Shown: piece by piece, positions 44,961-56,881 of the stretch
How positions within the stretch are numbered: the first letter of the stretch is position 1
How the letters are laid out: each line of letters opens with the position of its first letter
Made by a program: the position numbers and the translations under genes
Source: Octopus sinensis
Taxonomy: Eukaryota
Assembly: GCF_006345805.1 (NCBI RefSeq)
Contig: NC_043026.1
Coordinates: forward strand, 12,813,579 to 12,877,578
Length of the DNA stretch: 64,000 bases
Direction: 5' to 3'
The notes under the pieces: generated by a model
The model's input: only the letters and a program-made list of their open reading frames with translations
What the model was told of the DNA's origin: nothing
The model's database searches: none

Positions 44961-45567
44961 TTATTATTATTTTACTATGACTATCCTGCTTCCTGGTGAG
45001 AATGTAGTCAATCTGGTTTGTGTGCCACAAGATTCATAGGTGATCATATGGCTGGTGGGCTCCCCCAAAATCTGAAGTTAGCATGACAAAATCAGAGTGG
45101 GGTTGAAAATGATCAGAATATCCTCCAAAAAGTTTCTCAGTTTCATGAAGGTAATTTTCATCTGGACCCCTAAAAGCATATCTCTGCAGAGTTTAAAGAA
45201 AATACCAAGGAATCAATCTGGTGTGGGGCACTAAACTATACTTATGCCTTATGTTCTTCCTTCGTGGTCTCTTCTATTTTGTACTTGGGGTCATTATTTA
45301 TTTGACAACTTTACAATATTGCAGTGTATGAAAAGCATTTGAAAGCAAATAAGCAGTAGATATACTGCAAAGGATGCAGTATTCAAGAAAGAACAAGGTG
45401 TGTGGTTGTTAGGAGGAAGTGGTTTGATATAGAGGTCCATAAATTGCAGAAAGGGAAAAGGTTAAATAAAAAACCCGAAAGAAATCTAAGTTTTGAAAAT
45501 GCTTTAATTTCAATTGCACAGAGCAGAAGATCATTAAAGATAAACAGCAAACAAAAAATTGTGGAAG

Positions 45568-47403
45568 CTAGCTCTTTCCTTTCTCCCCTGTGTGAATAAA
45601 ATTGTGCTTAGTTAAGTGAATTTTTTGAGAGAATGATTTACCACAGATATCACACTGATATGATTTCTCTCCTGTATGAATAAATTTGTGCCTAGTTAAG
45701 TGACTTTTTTGAGAGAATGATTTACCACAGATATCACACTGATATGGTTTCTCTCCAGTATAAATAACACATTTGTGTTTCTTGAAGCTACTACTATGAG
45801 AGAACGATTTACCACAGATATCACAATGATAGGGTTTCTCTCCTGTATGAACACGTATGTGGTCAGTTAAGTGAATACTTTGAGAAAATACTTTACCACA
45901 GATATCACAATGATATGGTTTCAACCCAATATGAAGGCGTTTGTGTTTTATCAAGTTACTATTATAAGAGAATGATTTACCACAGACGTCACAATCATAT
46001 GGTTTCTCTCCTGTATGAATATGTTTGTGTTCCGTTAAGCTAATATTTCGAGAGAATGATTTACCACAGACATCACAACGATATGGTTTCTCTCCTGTAT
46101 GAATATGCTTGTGTTCTGTTAAGCGAATACTTTGAGAGAATGATTTACCACAGACATCACAACGATATGGTTTCTCTCCTGTGTGAATACGAATGTGTTT
46201 AATTAAGATAACTTTTTGAGAGAATGATTTATCGCAAATATCACACTGATATGGTTTCTCTCCTGTATGAACACGTTTGTGTATAGTTAAGGCACCATTC
46301 TGAGAGAATGGTTTACCGCAGATATCACACTGATATGGCTTCTCTCCTGTATGAGTACGTTTGTGAGCAGTAACACTACCACGGTTAGTGAATGATTTAT
46401 CACAAATATCACAGTCATTTGGTTTCTCTCCTGAATGAATAGGTTTAGTTCCATCAATATTTGCTGTGTATGAGTTACCACAAATATCGAAGTGATATGG
46501 TCTCTCTCCTGTATGAGTACGTTTGTGTTTAGATAAGGTACCACTTTCAGGGAATGATTTACCACAGATATCACAGTGAAATGGTTTTTCACCTGTATGT
46601 GTACGTTTGTGTCTAGCTAAAACACTATTTGAAGAGAATGCTTTACCACAGATATCACAGTGATATGGTCTCTCTCCTGTATGAACACGCTTGTGTATAA
46701 TTAAGGCACGATTATGACAATACGATACACCACAGATATCACACTGATATGGTTTCTCTCCTGTGTGAGTACGATTGTGCTTTGTTAAGGCAGTATTTTC
46801 AGAGAATGATTTACTACAGATAACACACTGATATGGTTTCTCTCCCGTGTGAATACGTACGTGTGTAGATAAGTGAGCACTTTGAGAGAATGATTTACCA
46901 CAGATGTCACAATGATATGGTTTCTCACCTGTATGAATAAGTTTGTGACCAGTTAAGTGACCACTTTGAGAGAAAGATTTACCACAGACATCACAGTGAT
47001 ATGGCTTTTCTCCTGTATGAACGCGTTGGTGTGTAGTTAAGTGATTAGTCTGAGAGAATGATTTACCACAGATATCACAATGACATGGTTTCTCTTCTGT
47101 ATGAATACGTTTATGTCTAGTAAAGATACTAATATGAGAAAAGGATTTGCCACATATATCACAACGATATGGTGTCTCTCCTGTATGAATATATTTGTGT
47201 TTCATTAAGCTACTATTTTGACAGAATGATTTACCACAGACATCACAGTGATATGGTTTATCTCCTGTATGAATACGTTTGTGCCTAAGAAGGTCACTTT
47301 CTTGAGAAAAGGACTTTGTACAAATATCACAGTCATATGATATCATCTTTTTCATCATGTCTTCTAAGGATATCAATTCTACAATATTCTCTCTCTCTTC
47401 CAT
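45568..47403 (-). CDS. C2H2 zinc-finger protein (ZNF4 here), 21 finger units (2 degenerate)
   Basis: 611-aa ORF. Predicted upstream acceptor GTTTCTTTATAATTTCAG at 47761-47760. Confidence 0.93.
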   Translation of the reverse strand: MEERENIVELISLEDMMKKMISYDCDICTKSFSQESDLLRHKRIHTGDKPYHCDVCGKSFCQNSSLMKHKYIHTGETPYRCDICGKSFSHISIFTRHKRIHTEEKPCHCDICGKSFSQTNHLTTHQRVHTGEKPYHCDVCGKSFSQSGHLTGHKLIHTGEKPYHCDICGKSFSQSAHLSTHVRIHTGEKPYQCVICSKSFSENTALTKHNRTHTGEKPYQCDICGVSYCHNRALIIHKRVHTGERPYHCDICGKAFSSNSVLARHKRTHTGEKPFHCDICGKSFPESGTLSKHKRTHTGERPYHFDICGNSYTANIDGTKPIHSGEKPNDCDICDKSFTNRGSVTAHKRTHTGEKPYQCDICGKPFSQNGALTIHKRVHTGEKPYQCDICDKSFSQKVILIKHIRIHTGEKPYRCDVCGKSFSQSIRLTEHKHIHTGEKPYRCDVCGKSFSRNISLTEHKHIHTGEKPYDCDVCGKSFSYNSNLIKHKRLHIGLKPYHCDICGKVFSQSIHLTDHIRVHTGEKPYHCDICGKSFSHSSSFKKHKCVIYTGEKPYQCDICGKSFSQKSHLTRHKFIHTGEKSYQCDICGKSFSQKIHLTKHNFIHTGEKGKS

Positions 47404-48229
47404 TATTTATCCTCTCAGATCCCAGTTTATATATTTTCCTTGCTTTTGTTCGTATGCTTTATTTTTTCAAATATTTCTTTGGCTGAATCTCTGTCCAGTG
47501 TTACCTTTCTTTAGCAACACTTCCATAAATTAAATCCAACTTCAATCAGCAAACAGGTTCCTCTTCTTCACACTCCAGTCAGGGAGGGTCACAAATTTCG
47601 CTAATAATATTATGTCAAAGCAAATGTTTCACAGGAATTCTTCCACGTATTTGTAGAAACAATCTGATACATCTGTTTCATGGAATAATTTCGTTTAGTC
47701 TTTAAAACACGGGAGATATTGAGGATGATTCTTCTGTTGTGTCAATGTCATCTGATGTCCTGAAATTATAAAGAAACAACAGCGTAAGATGGTAGAGGCT
47801 ACTTAAAAAATACAGAAATACGGAAAAAAAATACAAAATAAATAGTTTAAAAACTGTATATAATAAGATTAAATGGTACTTCGTGGGAGAGGGGATCCTG
47901 CTGCTATTTCATTCGTTTCATGTGGGTTTTTTTTGGTCCCCACTGTGGTGTTGTGCCTGTCGTTTTACTGCCCACTCTATTGTTTTATAACTATTTCTGG
48001 GCAATGGTAAAGTGAGCGCACACCACCGAACCGGACCCAGAACCTAGCCATAAACCTTAAGAGGGTGCACCATAAAAACACAATCAGGAATTTACCTGAA
48101 TGGTAAAAGCAAATTACCTCCCCTTGTACGGTCCCACACATTCCTCTTTCTATTCGCGGGAACCCGAGTTAGGGGGTCTTTAAATGGATGAATCTTCCTA
48201 ATTTTTTGCACACACCGTTTATTTTGTAT

Positions 48230-48738
48230 ACCCTTTACTCTTTTACTTGTTTCAGTCATTTGACTGCGGCCATGCTGGAGCACCGCCTTTAGTCGAGCAA
48301 ATCGTCGACCCCGGGACTTATTCTTTGTAATCCCAGTACTTATTGTATCGGTCTCCTTTTGCCGAACCGCTACGTGACGGGGACGTAAACACACCAGCAT
48401 CGGTTGTCAAGAAATGTTGGAGAGACAAACATATACACATACAAAGACACACACATATACGACGGGCTTCTTTCAGTTTCCGTCTACCAAATCCACTCAC
48501 AAGGCATTGGTCGGCCCGGGGCTATAGCAGAAGACACTCGCCCATGATGCCACGCAGTGAAAAGGGTTTCTGTTATCTTCAGAAATGTAAACAAAGTCAC
48601 GTGTGTACCTATACCGAAGGATCGCCACATACCCTAACTCTACCCCCCCCCCCCCATATATATATTAAAAAAACCCACTTTTCTGAAATGTATCTGGTAC
48701 TTCCTGAAGTACACCGGTACTTATACCTTAAGATCGCC
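48230..48738. mobile_element. SINE A (minus, head truncated) fused to the right half of the 60245-type MITE
   Basis: Junction at 48559/48560. The paralog at 59405-60507 retains about 610 bp that are missing here. Confidence 0.8.
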
Positions 48739-48799
48739 AGAATTAATTTATTTGCTCGAAAAATATTCAATTTGTGTAAAACAATATTAATTAATTTGT

Positions 48800-49080
48800 G
48801 TATCGCGCATGCGTGAATCTAATCATTTGCGCACGCGCAAGACGTTGTAGGATCGACTACTCTAGACTAGCTAGCGCGAGTGCGCGCACCGGGACCACTG
48901 TTCGCTAGTTGTGCCCACTTATTGCCGATGCAAGCACAAGAGATGATGAGAATATCACAGAATGGGCGGGGGTGAAGCGTGTGTAGACACCACCTCACGG
49001 TAACACTAAAAGCTAAACCGAACGACGGGGCACAGTAAAAGATCAGATTAAAAAGGGACGATATCGCGAGATCCCTTACA
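48800..49080. promoter_or_regulatory. CpG-rich promoter-like island (paralog at 60570-60845)
   Basis: NRF1-like CGCGCATGCGTG at 48804 and TGCGCACGCGCA at 48828, GC box GGGCGGGG at 48964, TATCGCGAGA at 49062. Confidence 0.5.
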
Positions 49081-49175
49081 TAATTAAAAGCAGTCTTCGT
49101 CACCTTACATTGCCCCTCGCCAACTCCATATCCTTAAGATTTAGTGCCTCTATGTTGGCATTGTACTTAAGTACT

Positions 49176-50155
49176 GCAGAAATAGCAGCCAAATCTCGCA
49201 TTAATCATAGAACCTTTCAGTCACTGCTAGAAATAGCAGCCAAATCTCGCATTAATCATAGAACCTTTCAGTCACTGCTAGAAATAGCAGCCAAATCTCG
49301 CATTAATCATAGAATCTTTCAGTCACTGCTAGAAATAGCAGCCAAATCTCGCATTAATCATAGAATCTTTCAGTCACTGCTAGAAATAGCAGCCAAATCT
49401 CGCATTAATGATAGAATCTTTCAGTCACTGCTAGAAATAGCAGCCAAATCTCGCATTAATCATAGAATCTTTCAGTCACTGCTAGAAATAGCAGCCAAAT
49501 CTCGCATTAATCATAGAATCTTTCAGTCACAGCTACAAATATATTTCTTTACCCACAAGGAGCTAAACACAGAGGGGACAAACAAGGACAGACATAGGTA
49601 TTAAGTCGATTACATCGACCCCAGTGCGTAACTGGTACTTAATTTATTGAACCCGAAAGGATGAAAGGTAAAGTCGACCTCGGCGGAATTTGAACTCAGA
49701 ACGAAATACCTATTTCTTTATTACCCACTAGAAATAGCAGCCAAATCACACACAGATCATGGAATCTCTCTTCTATAGCTAGAAATAGCAGCCAAATCAC
49801 ACAGATCATGGAATCTCTCTTCTATAGCTAGAAATAGCAGCCAAATCACACACAGACCATAGTCTCTCTTCTATAGCTAGAAATAGCAGCCAAATCACAT
49901 ACAGATCAGGGAATCTCTCTTCCATAGCTAGAAATAGCAGCCAAGTCACACACAGATCATGTAATCTCTCTTCTATAGCTAGAAATAGCAGCCAAATCAC
50001 ACACAGACCATAGAGTCTCTCTTCCATAGCTAGAAATAGCAGCGAAATCATACATAGATCATAGAATCGCTCTTCCATAGCTAGAAATAGCAGCCAAATC
50101 ACACACAGATCATGGAATCTCTGTTATATAGCTAGAAATAGCAGCCAAATCCCGC
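49176..50155. repeat. Two related 51-bp minisatellite arrays (7 and about 8 units) separated by a minus-strand SINE B
   Basis: Units GCTAGAAATAGCAGCCAAATCTCGCATTAATCATAGAA... and AGCTAGAAATAGCAGCCAAATCACACACAGATCATAGAA... Confidence 0.93.
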
Positions 50156-50267
50156 ACAAATCAGGGACATCTCTCGTTCATAAAACACAGAAGAGACACA
50201 AAGAATCGAGGCGCCAAAGACCGAAAGTCTACAGAATTAAAAACAATGAAAATCTTCTTTGCTTAAT

Positions 50268-50560
50268 ACTTACGGAAATGTTTCATGAAGGATAGTGTTG
50301 TTATATGTGTGTGTGTCTAGCAGGTGAGGAATAAACTTCAAGGGCCTATTACAAGGATCGTCATCAGCTGAGAAGGGAAGATTCTTGTCAGAAACGGATT
50401 CGCAGACTTTTCTAGGAAAGTACTTCCAATGCGCATGCGTATGAACAAACTATTTAAATCGATTTCCAGTTAATTTATTCATGTTTGCGTGCGTGTTAAT
50501 ATCTGTCTTTACTGCTCGTCCAATCAGGTTATTCCACGTCACTGCTCACCACGCCCTTTC
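50268..50560 (-). promoter_or_regulatory. Candidate core promoter and first exon of ZNF4 (paralog at about 62098-62390 for ZNF6)
   Basis: TGCGCATGCGTA at 50430, CCAATCAG at 50520, CCACGTCA at 50534, CCACGCCC at 50549. Minus-strand donor CC|GTAAGT with GT at 50273-50272. Confidence 0.5.
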
Positions 50561-50630
50561 CACTTCTATAATCCTTTCGGTCCATTCTTTGCCATCTTCA
50601 CCCAAATTATTTCATCTTGGTCGAGATGTT

Positions 50631-51546
50631 TCCATTTCATCTGCCGCTGTGTTCTGAGTTCAAATTCCGCCGAGGTCGACTTTGCCTTTCATTCTTTCGG
50701 GGTCGATAAATTAAGTACCAGTTACCCACTGGGGTCCATGTAATCGACTCAATCCCTTTGTCTGTCCTTGTTTGTCCCGTCTGTGTTTAGCCCCTTGTGG
50801 GTAGTAAAGAAATAGGTATTTCGTCTGCCGTTACGTTCAGAGTTCAAATTCCGCCGAGGTCGACTTTGCCTTTCATTCTTTTGGGGTCGATAAATTAAGT
50901 ACCAGTTACGCACTAGGGTCGATATAATCGACTTAATACCTATGTCTGTCCTTGTTTGTCCCCTCTGTGTTTAACCCCTTGTGGGTAATAAAGAAATAGG
51001 TATTTCGTCTGCCCATACGTTCTGAGTTCAAATTCCGCCGAGGTCGACTTTGCCTTTCATCCTTTTGGGGTCGATAAATAAAGTACCAGTTACCCACTGG
51101 GATCGATGTAATCGACTGAATCCCTTTGTCTGTCCCCTCTGTGTTTAGCCCCTTGTGGGCAGTAAAGAAACAGATATTTCCCTTTCATCTGCCGCTGTGT
51201 TCTGAGTTCAAATTCCGCCGAGGTCGACTTTGCCATTCATCCTTTCGGAATCGATAAATTAAGTACCAGTTACCCACTGGGATCGATGTAATCGACTGAA
51301 TTCCTTTGTCTGTCCCCTCTGTGTTTAGCCCCTTGTGGGCAGTAAAGAAACAGATATTTCCCTTTCATCTGCCGCTGTGTTCTGAGTTCAAATTCTGCCG
51401 AGGTCGACTTTGCCTTTCATACTTTTGGGGTCGATAAATAAAGTACCAGTTTCGCCCTGGGATCGATGTAATCGACTTAATCCCTTTGTCTGTCCTTGTT
51501 TGTCCCCTCTATGTTTAGCCCCTTGTGGGCAGTAAAGAAACAGATA
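50631..51546 (+). mobile_element. Tandem array of five headless SINE B units
   Basis: Units of about 175-190 bp, each starting at ...TCTGCCG...GTTCTGAGTTCAAATTC. Confidence 0.88.
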
Positions 51547-51920
51547 TTTCATTGACTCATTCTCTGAAAGCAATGTTTTAACTAAACCTGCTTTCATTGA
51601 TATGAAAACGTAATTATATAAATGTGACACTTCATAACAACAACTTTAACAGGCATTTTAAACTTCGCCTGAATTCAGGTCAGTGTTGTAGGTTTTAGCC
51701 ACAGCAACAATTAATCCATTCGTTTCTATGACAGAGTCTTCACGCCAATGCTGTTGTAGTGTCTACAAAGGCATTTGTCAATTGTTTGTGTATATTTAAT
51801 ACAAATCTGCAGCTTTCTCAATTATATCATGAAAAGCAATTTTGGTGAACGTAGTCCAGCACAAACAGCTATCAAGAGTGAAAGACGGGGAGGATTAGAA
51901 GGTGGTATATTTATTCGATA

Positions 51921-52135
51921 GGCGGCGAGCTGGCAGAATCGTTAGCACGCTGGGCGAAATGCGTTGCTGTTACGTTCTGAGTTCAAATTCCGCCGAGGTC
52001 GACTTTGACTTTCATCCTTTTGGGGTCGATAAATTAAGTACCAGTTATACACTGAGGTCGACGTAATCAACTTAATCCCTTTGTCCTTGTTTGCTCCCTC
52101 TATGTTTAGCCCCTTGTGGGCAATAAAGAAACAGG
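51921..52135 (+). mobile_element. SINE B monomer with a diverged TSD of about 17 bp
   Basis: Flanks GGTATATTTATTCGATA and GGTATACTTATTAGATA. Confidence 0.8.
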
Positions 52136-52204
52136 TATACTTATTAGATATTACAAACTCATCCCCTCACACATGAACTATTGTTTTTGAACTTTTAGAA
52201 CGAC

Positions 52205-52650
52205 CTGCTGTGCTTACCTTGGATCGTAGGATGACCTGCTGTGCTTGAGGAGACCTATTGAGTCAGGTACATCAATATCGAAATAAACATCAAATGGAAA
52301 TAGCAGTTGTGATCCCTGTGCCGGTGGCATGTAAAAAGCACCATCCAAACGTGGCCGATGCCAGCGCAGCCTTGACTGGCTTCTGTGCCAGTGGCACGTA
52401 AAAAGCACCAACCGATCGGGCTGCTGCCAGCCTCCTCTGGCACCTGTGCCGATGGCACGTAAAAAGCACCATCCGATGGGGCTGCTGCCAGCCTCCCCTT
52501 GCATGTAAAAAGCACCAACCGATCGTGTCCACTGCCAGCCTCCCCTTGTATGTAAAAAGCACCGACCGATCGTGGCCGCTGCTAGCCTCCCCCGGCACCT
52601 GTGCCGGTGGCACGTAAAATACACCCACTACACTCATGGAGTGGTTGGCG
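52205..52650 (+). mobile_element. Family C repeat with expanded internal tandem units, tail missing
   Basis: Repeated GTAAAAAGCACC...CCGAT...GCCAGCCTCC units ending at GAGTGGTTGGCGT. Confidence 0.72.
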
Positions 52651-53157
52651 TCAAATGCTCCCATTTAGCATTTTACCAGACAGCTACGTTTCTAATTCTT
52701 TAGTCATAACGAATGAAAAGTAGGAGAGAGGGACATCTCTGGGCATACTTGTTCAAGCGCTGGTTTTAACTAAAATACAGTCAACAACATTGACTGATTT
52801 GTGCCAATAGACAGAAAAGTATGCTCTTAAAATAAATTATCTTTCACTGAACATTTTTAACCCTTTCGTTACTATATTTCTGATCAAAATATACCCCTCA
52901 CGAGTTTCAATTAAATTCTAAAATAATCATGAATTTAGACTAGTTTCATTAAACAACTGTAACTTTTTTACTTATCAACATATTTATGTGAAATTTGGAA
53001 CATAATTAAAGAAAGGGTTCTTAATCGATTATATTGCATAACTTTTGTCTCAAAGTGACTGTAATTACAGGTAAACTGAGCAAAAGGTAAAAATATTAAA
53101 ACTTTGTTTAAACATCACCAAGGAAAATGAATCATCAGCTAATATTTAATTCAACAA

Positions 53158-53275
53158 AGCTAGAATACATTTCTCGCTATAATGTATGGGTCCCTCAGAA
53201 ACTCTCAGAAAAGAATTGCTTGAACCAGCATTCCGTTTGTGATATGCTTTTGAAAGGGAATGAAAGTATTCCTAA
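53158..53275 (+). mobile_element. Short mariner transposase relic
   Basis: Translates KLEYISRYNVWVPQKLSEKNCLNQHSVCDMLLKGNE, matching the mariner WVPHEL motif region. Confidence 0.65.
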
Positions 53276-53318
53276 TCTGGACCCTTAAAAACATATCTCT
53301 TCAAAGTTTAGAATTTAA

Positions 53319-53498
53319 CCCTTTTGTTACTGTATTTCTGTTGAGATGCTCTGTGTTTTAAATATGACAAAGAATTTAGTAAAATAACTTAGTTATCCTT
53401 AAGCTAGTGGTAGGAACATAAATTGTGACTAAGGTTTGAATTCAAAACTTATGAAAACAAGACATTTGTATTACAGAGCCAGTTTGGTAATGAAAGGG
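53319..53498. mobile_element. piggyBac-like MITE with TTAA TSD
   Basis: TTAA|CCCTTTTGTTAC...GTAATGAAAGGG|TTAA. The paralogous empty site has a single TTAA at 45193-45196. Confidence 0.85.
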
Positions 53499-53792
53499 TT
53501 AAACAAAATAACAAACAATCAGTCTGGTGTGGTGTACTAAACTATACTTAAGCCTCATGTTTTTCCTTTGGGGTCTCTTCTGTTTTGTACGTGGGGGTCA
53601 TTGTTTCTGTACATATCTGACAACTTTACAAGATTCCTGTGCATGAAAACTCATAACTTATGTTATTGTATAAAATATTTATTGAGTGAAGAATTTAAAA
53701 CATTCATCATCATCATCATCATCATCATTTAGCGTCCGTTTTCCATGCTAGCATGGGTTGGATAAACAACAAAGAAAGAAAAGAGGTGAAAA

Positions 53793-55145
53793 TTACAAAA
53801 ACAAAAGATCCTCACTTTTTCCTTTCTCTCTTCTATGGATAGATTTGTGTCTGGTCAATTTACTATTTTCAGAGAATGATCTACCACAGATATCACAATG
53901 ATACGGCTTCTCTCCTGTGTGAATACGTTTGTGTCCAGTTAAGTGAATACTTTGAGAGAATGATTTACCACAGATATCACAAGGAAATGGTCTCTCACCT
54001 GTATGAATACGTCTGTGCTGTGTTAGGTTACTATTATTAGAGAATGATTTACCACAGGTATCACAAGGAAACGGTTTCTCACCTGTATGAATACGTATGT
54101 GTTCGGTTAAGTGATTGCTTTGTGAGAATGATTTACCACAGATATCACACTGAAATGGTCTCTTTCCCGTATGAATAGATTTGTGTGTAGTTAAGACACT
54201 ATTATGGGAGAATGATTTACCACAGATATCACACTGATATGGTTTCTCTCCTGTATGAATAGATCTGTGTTTAGTTAAGTGAATACTTTGAGAGAACACT
54301 TTACCACAGATATCACAATGGTATGGTCTCTCCCCCGTATGGACACGTTTGTGTTGTGTTAAGTTAGTATTCTGAAAGAATGATTTACCACAGATATCAC
54401 ACTGATATGGCTTCTCCCCTGTATGAATGTAATAGTGTTTTGTTAATGCAATATTTTCAGAGAAAGATTTACCACAGATATCACAATGATATGGTGTCTC
54501 TCCTGTATGAATACGTTTGTGTATAACTAAGGTACTATTTGCAGAGAATGATTTACCACAGACATCACAGTGATATGGTTTCTCTCCTGTTTGAATACGT
54601 CTGTGTTTTGTTAATTGACTACTGTGAGAGAATGATTTACCACAGATATCACAGTGATATGGTTTCTCTCCTGTATGAACACGTTTGTGCATAGCTAAGG
54701 CACTACTATGGGAGTATGATATACCACAGATATCACAATGATATGGCTTTTCCCCTGTATGAATACGATTGTGCTTTGTTAAGGCAGTATTTTCAGAGAA
54801 TGATTTACCACAGACATCACAATGATATGGTTTCTCTCCTGTATGAACACGTTTGTGTGTAGATAAGTGAGCACTTTGAGAGAATGATTTACCACAGATA
54901 TCACACTGATATGGTTTCTCGCCTGTATGAATGCGTTTGTGTGCAGTTACGTGAACACTTTGAGAGAACGATTTACCACAGATGTCACAAGGATAGGGTT
55001 TCTCTCCTGTCTGAAAACGTTTTTGACTAAGTAGGTTACCCTTTTGAAGGAAGGACCTTGTACACATATCACTGTCACATGATTTCATCTCTTTTGTTAT
55101 GGGTTCAGAGGAAATCAATTCTACAATATTCTCTCTCTCATCCAT
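53793..55145 (-). CDS. C2H2 zinc-finger protein (ZNF5 here), 15 finger units (13 canonical); 5' gene structure truncated by the duplication junction
   Basis: The ORF track start at 55160 is a TTG; the ATG at 55145 matches the [24 protein letters not shown] starts of ZNF6 and ZNF4. Confidence 0.85.
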   Translation of the reverse strand: MDERENIVELISSEPITKEMKSCDSDMCTRSFLQKGNLLSQKRFQTGEKPYPCDICGKSFSQSVHVTAHKRIHTGEKPYQCDICGKSFSQSAHLSTHKRVHTGEKPYHCDVCGKSFSENTALTKHNRIHTGEKPYHCDICGISYSHSSALAMHKRVHTGEKPYHCDICGKSFSHSSQLTKHRRIQTGEKPYHCDVCGKSFSANSTLVIHKRIHTGETPYHCDICGKSFSENIALTKHYYIHTGEKPYQCDICGKSFFQNTNLTQHKRVHTGERPYHCDICGKVFSQSIHLTKHRSIHTGEKPYQCDICGKSFSHNSVLTTHKSIHTGKRPFQCDICGKSFSQSNHLTEHIRIHTGEKPFPCDTCGKSFSNNSNLTQHRRIHTGERPFPCDICGKSFSQSIHLTGHKRIHTGEKPYHCDICGRSFSENSKLTRHKSIHRREKGKSEDLLFL

Positions 55146-55376
55146 TATTTTTCCTCTCAAATCCCAGTTTATATATTTTCCTTGCTTTTGTTTGTATGCT
55201 TAATTTTTTACAAATATTTCTTTGGCTGAATTTCTGTCCAGTGTTACCTTTCTTTAGCAACACTTCCATAAATTAAATCCAACTTCAATCAGCAAACAGG
55301 TTCCTCTTCTTCACACTCCAGTCAGGGAGGTTCACAAATTTCACTGATAATATTATGTCAAAGCAAATGTTTCACA

Positions 55377-55971
55377 GGAGATCAACAAGGATTACTATTA
55401 TTGCAAAGACCCAGACATCTTTGACCCTTATTATGTGGATGTGGTTGATATCGAAGATGGGAAATGTAAAGATGAAGTGTGTCGTGGGAAGATGAGGAGA
55501 TTGGGAAGGTTGGAAGGAGTGGATGATGTGGGAGTCACATCTTTTGGTGATGTTTTTGTTTTGAGGAGGGTGATGAAGTTGGAGGAGTGCTTTGAAGGGT
55601 GGGAAGTTTTTTGTTTTGTGGAATGGTTCAGGGAAAAGTCTTTGGTGAGGAAGATAAGAATAGAAGGAGGAATAATTTTTGGTCTGGAACATTATCATAT
55701 TGCAAGACCTCGTCTGACCATAATTGGTGAATGTGTTTAGATAACAGATTTAGAGAACAATATTTACGAAATACCTCGACATATTGAAGAGGAAACATCT
55801 GAAGATGATGAAATCCTGGGATATAAAGATAATTCAAAATATTTACTCCTCAGAGGGGATGATAATGAAGTCTTTGAAGTTCTTGGTTTGGATGTTTCAG
55901 ACAATTCTTTGATGGTTTTTGGAATTATTCCTGGACATCAATCTTTTGCATTCTTTTATTTTGACAAATAA
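55377..55971 (+). pseudogene. Duplicated 3' fragment (about 197 codons) of the 1850-aa gene
   Basis: Homologous to 40903-41497. No 5' part; TAT changed to TAG at 55738-55740. Confidence 0.9.
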
Positions 55972-56881
55972 ATATTTCCAGAAATATTAAAATTCAATCT
56001 TCTTCTTCTTCACGATCATCATCACCATCATCATCATCATCGTCATCATCATCATCATCATCATCATCGTCGTCATCAGCGTTGTGTGTGCGTGTGTGCA
56101 GTCTGCATCTGACAGTTTTTAACGTTTAATAAGAATAGATTGTTGTTGTTGTTGTTGCAGTGACATTCCAACTGCACACACGCACAAACATTGCCTTTCG
56201 TCCTCGCAGGGTTGTTGTTGTTGTTGTTGCTGTTGGGGGTTCATAAAAAAAGAGAAGGACACTTAAAGAGGCATTTATTAAAAGCTTTCCCATGGATGGT
56301 CATTTTTCCTGCTAGAAATAGAAACCAAGTGACTTCAAATTCACTCTATTTTCCATATAAAATTTGAAGGACCGTTAAGAAGCATTTATAAAGGAAATCG
56401 GCCTGTATATGGTCTCATTTCATGCCAGAAACAGTCACTGAAACCTTCACATTTTTGTTTTATCACAAATTAAAATCGAAGGTCAATTTACAAAGCATCC
56501 ATGACAAATATTGTCCTATAGATGGCCTAACATCATGCTAGAAATAGCAGCCAAATACTCTGAAATGTGTCGCATTTCTCATGAAAAAAGTGAAGGACAC
56601 TTTAAGAAGCAACTCTAAAGATATTGTCCTGTGGCGGTTTAAGTGTAAAATATTATAAAAGTATGCATCTATGAGTTTTATGTGTTTTAAAAACATAGCA
56701 AAGACATGTGTGTATATGTAGGTATATATAAATATACATGTGTATAAATGTTCCTTGATGATGTATATGCTTCTTCCCTAATAACTTGCAGAGAAATGGA
56801 TAAGTTTTGAAAATGCTTTAATTTCAATTGTACAGACCATAAGATCATTAAAAATAAACAGCAAACAAAAAATTGTGGAAG

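Larger units (their letters stand above)
40903..55376. repeat. Segmental duplication copy A (14,474 bp)
   Basis: Collinear with 55377-64000: large-ORF 3' end, ZNF, promoter islands, minisatellites and SINE B array. Confidence 0.9.

Noticed and set aside
49110-50102. Repetitive ORFs LLEIAAKSRINHR... and IWLLFLAMEER...
   Set aside because: Translations of the 51-bp minisatellites.
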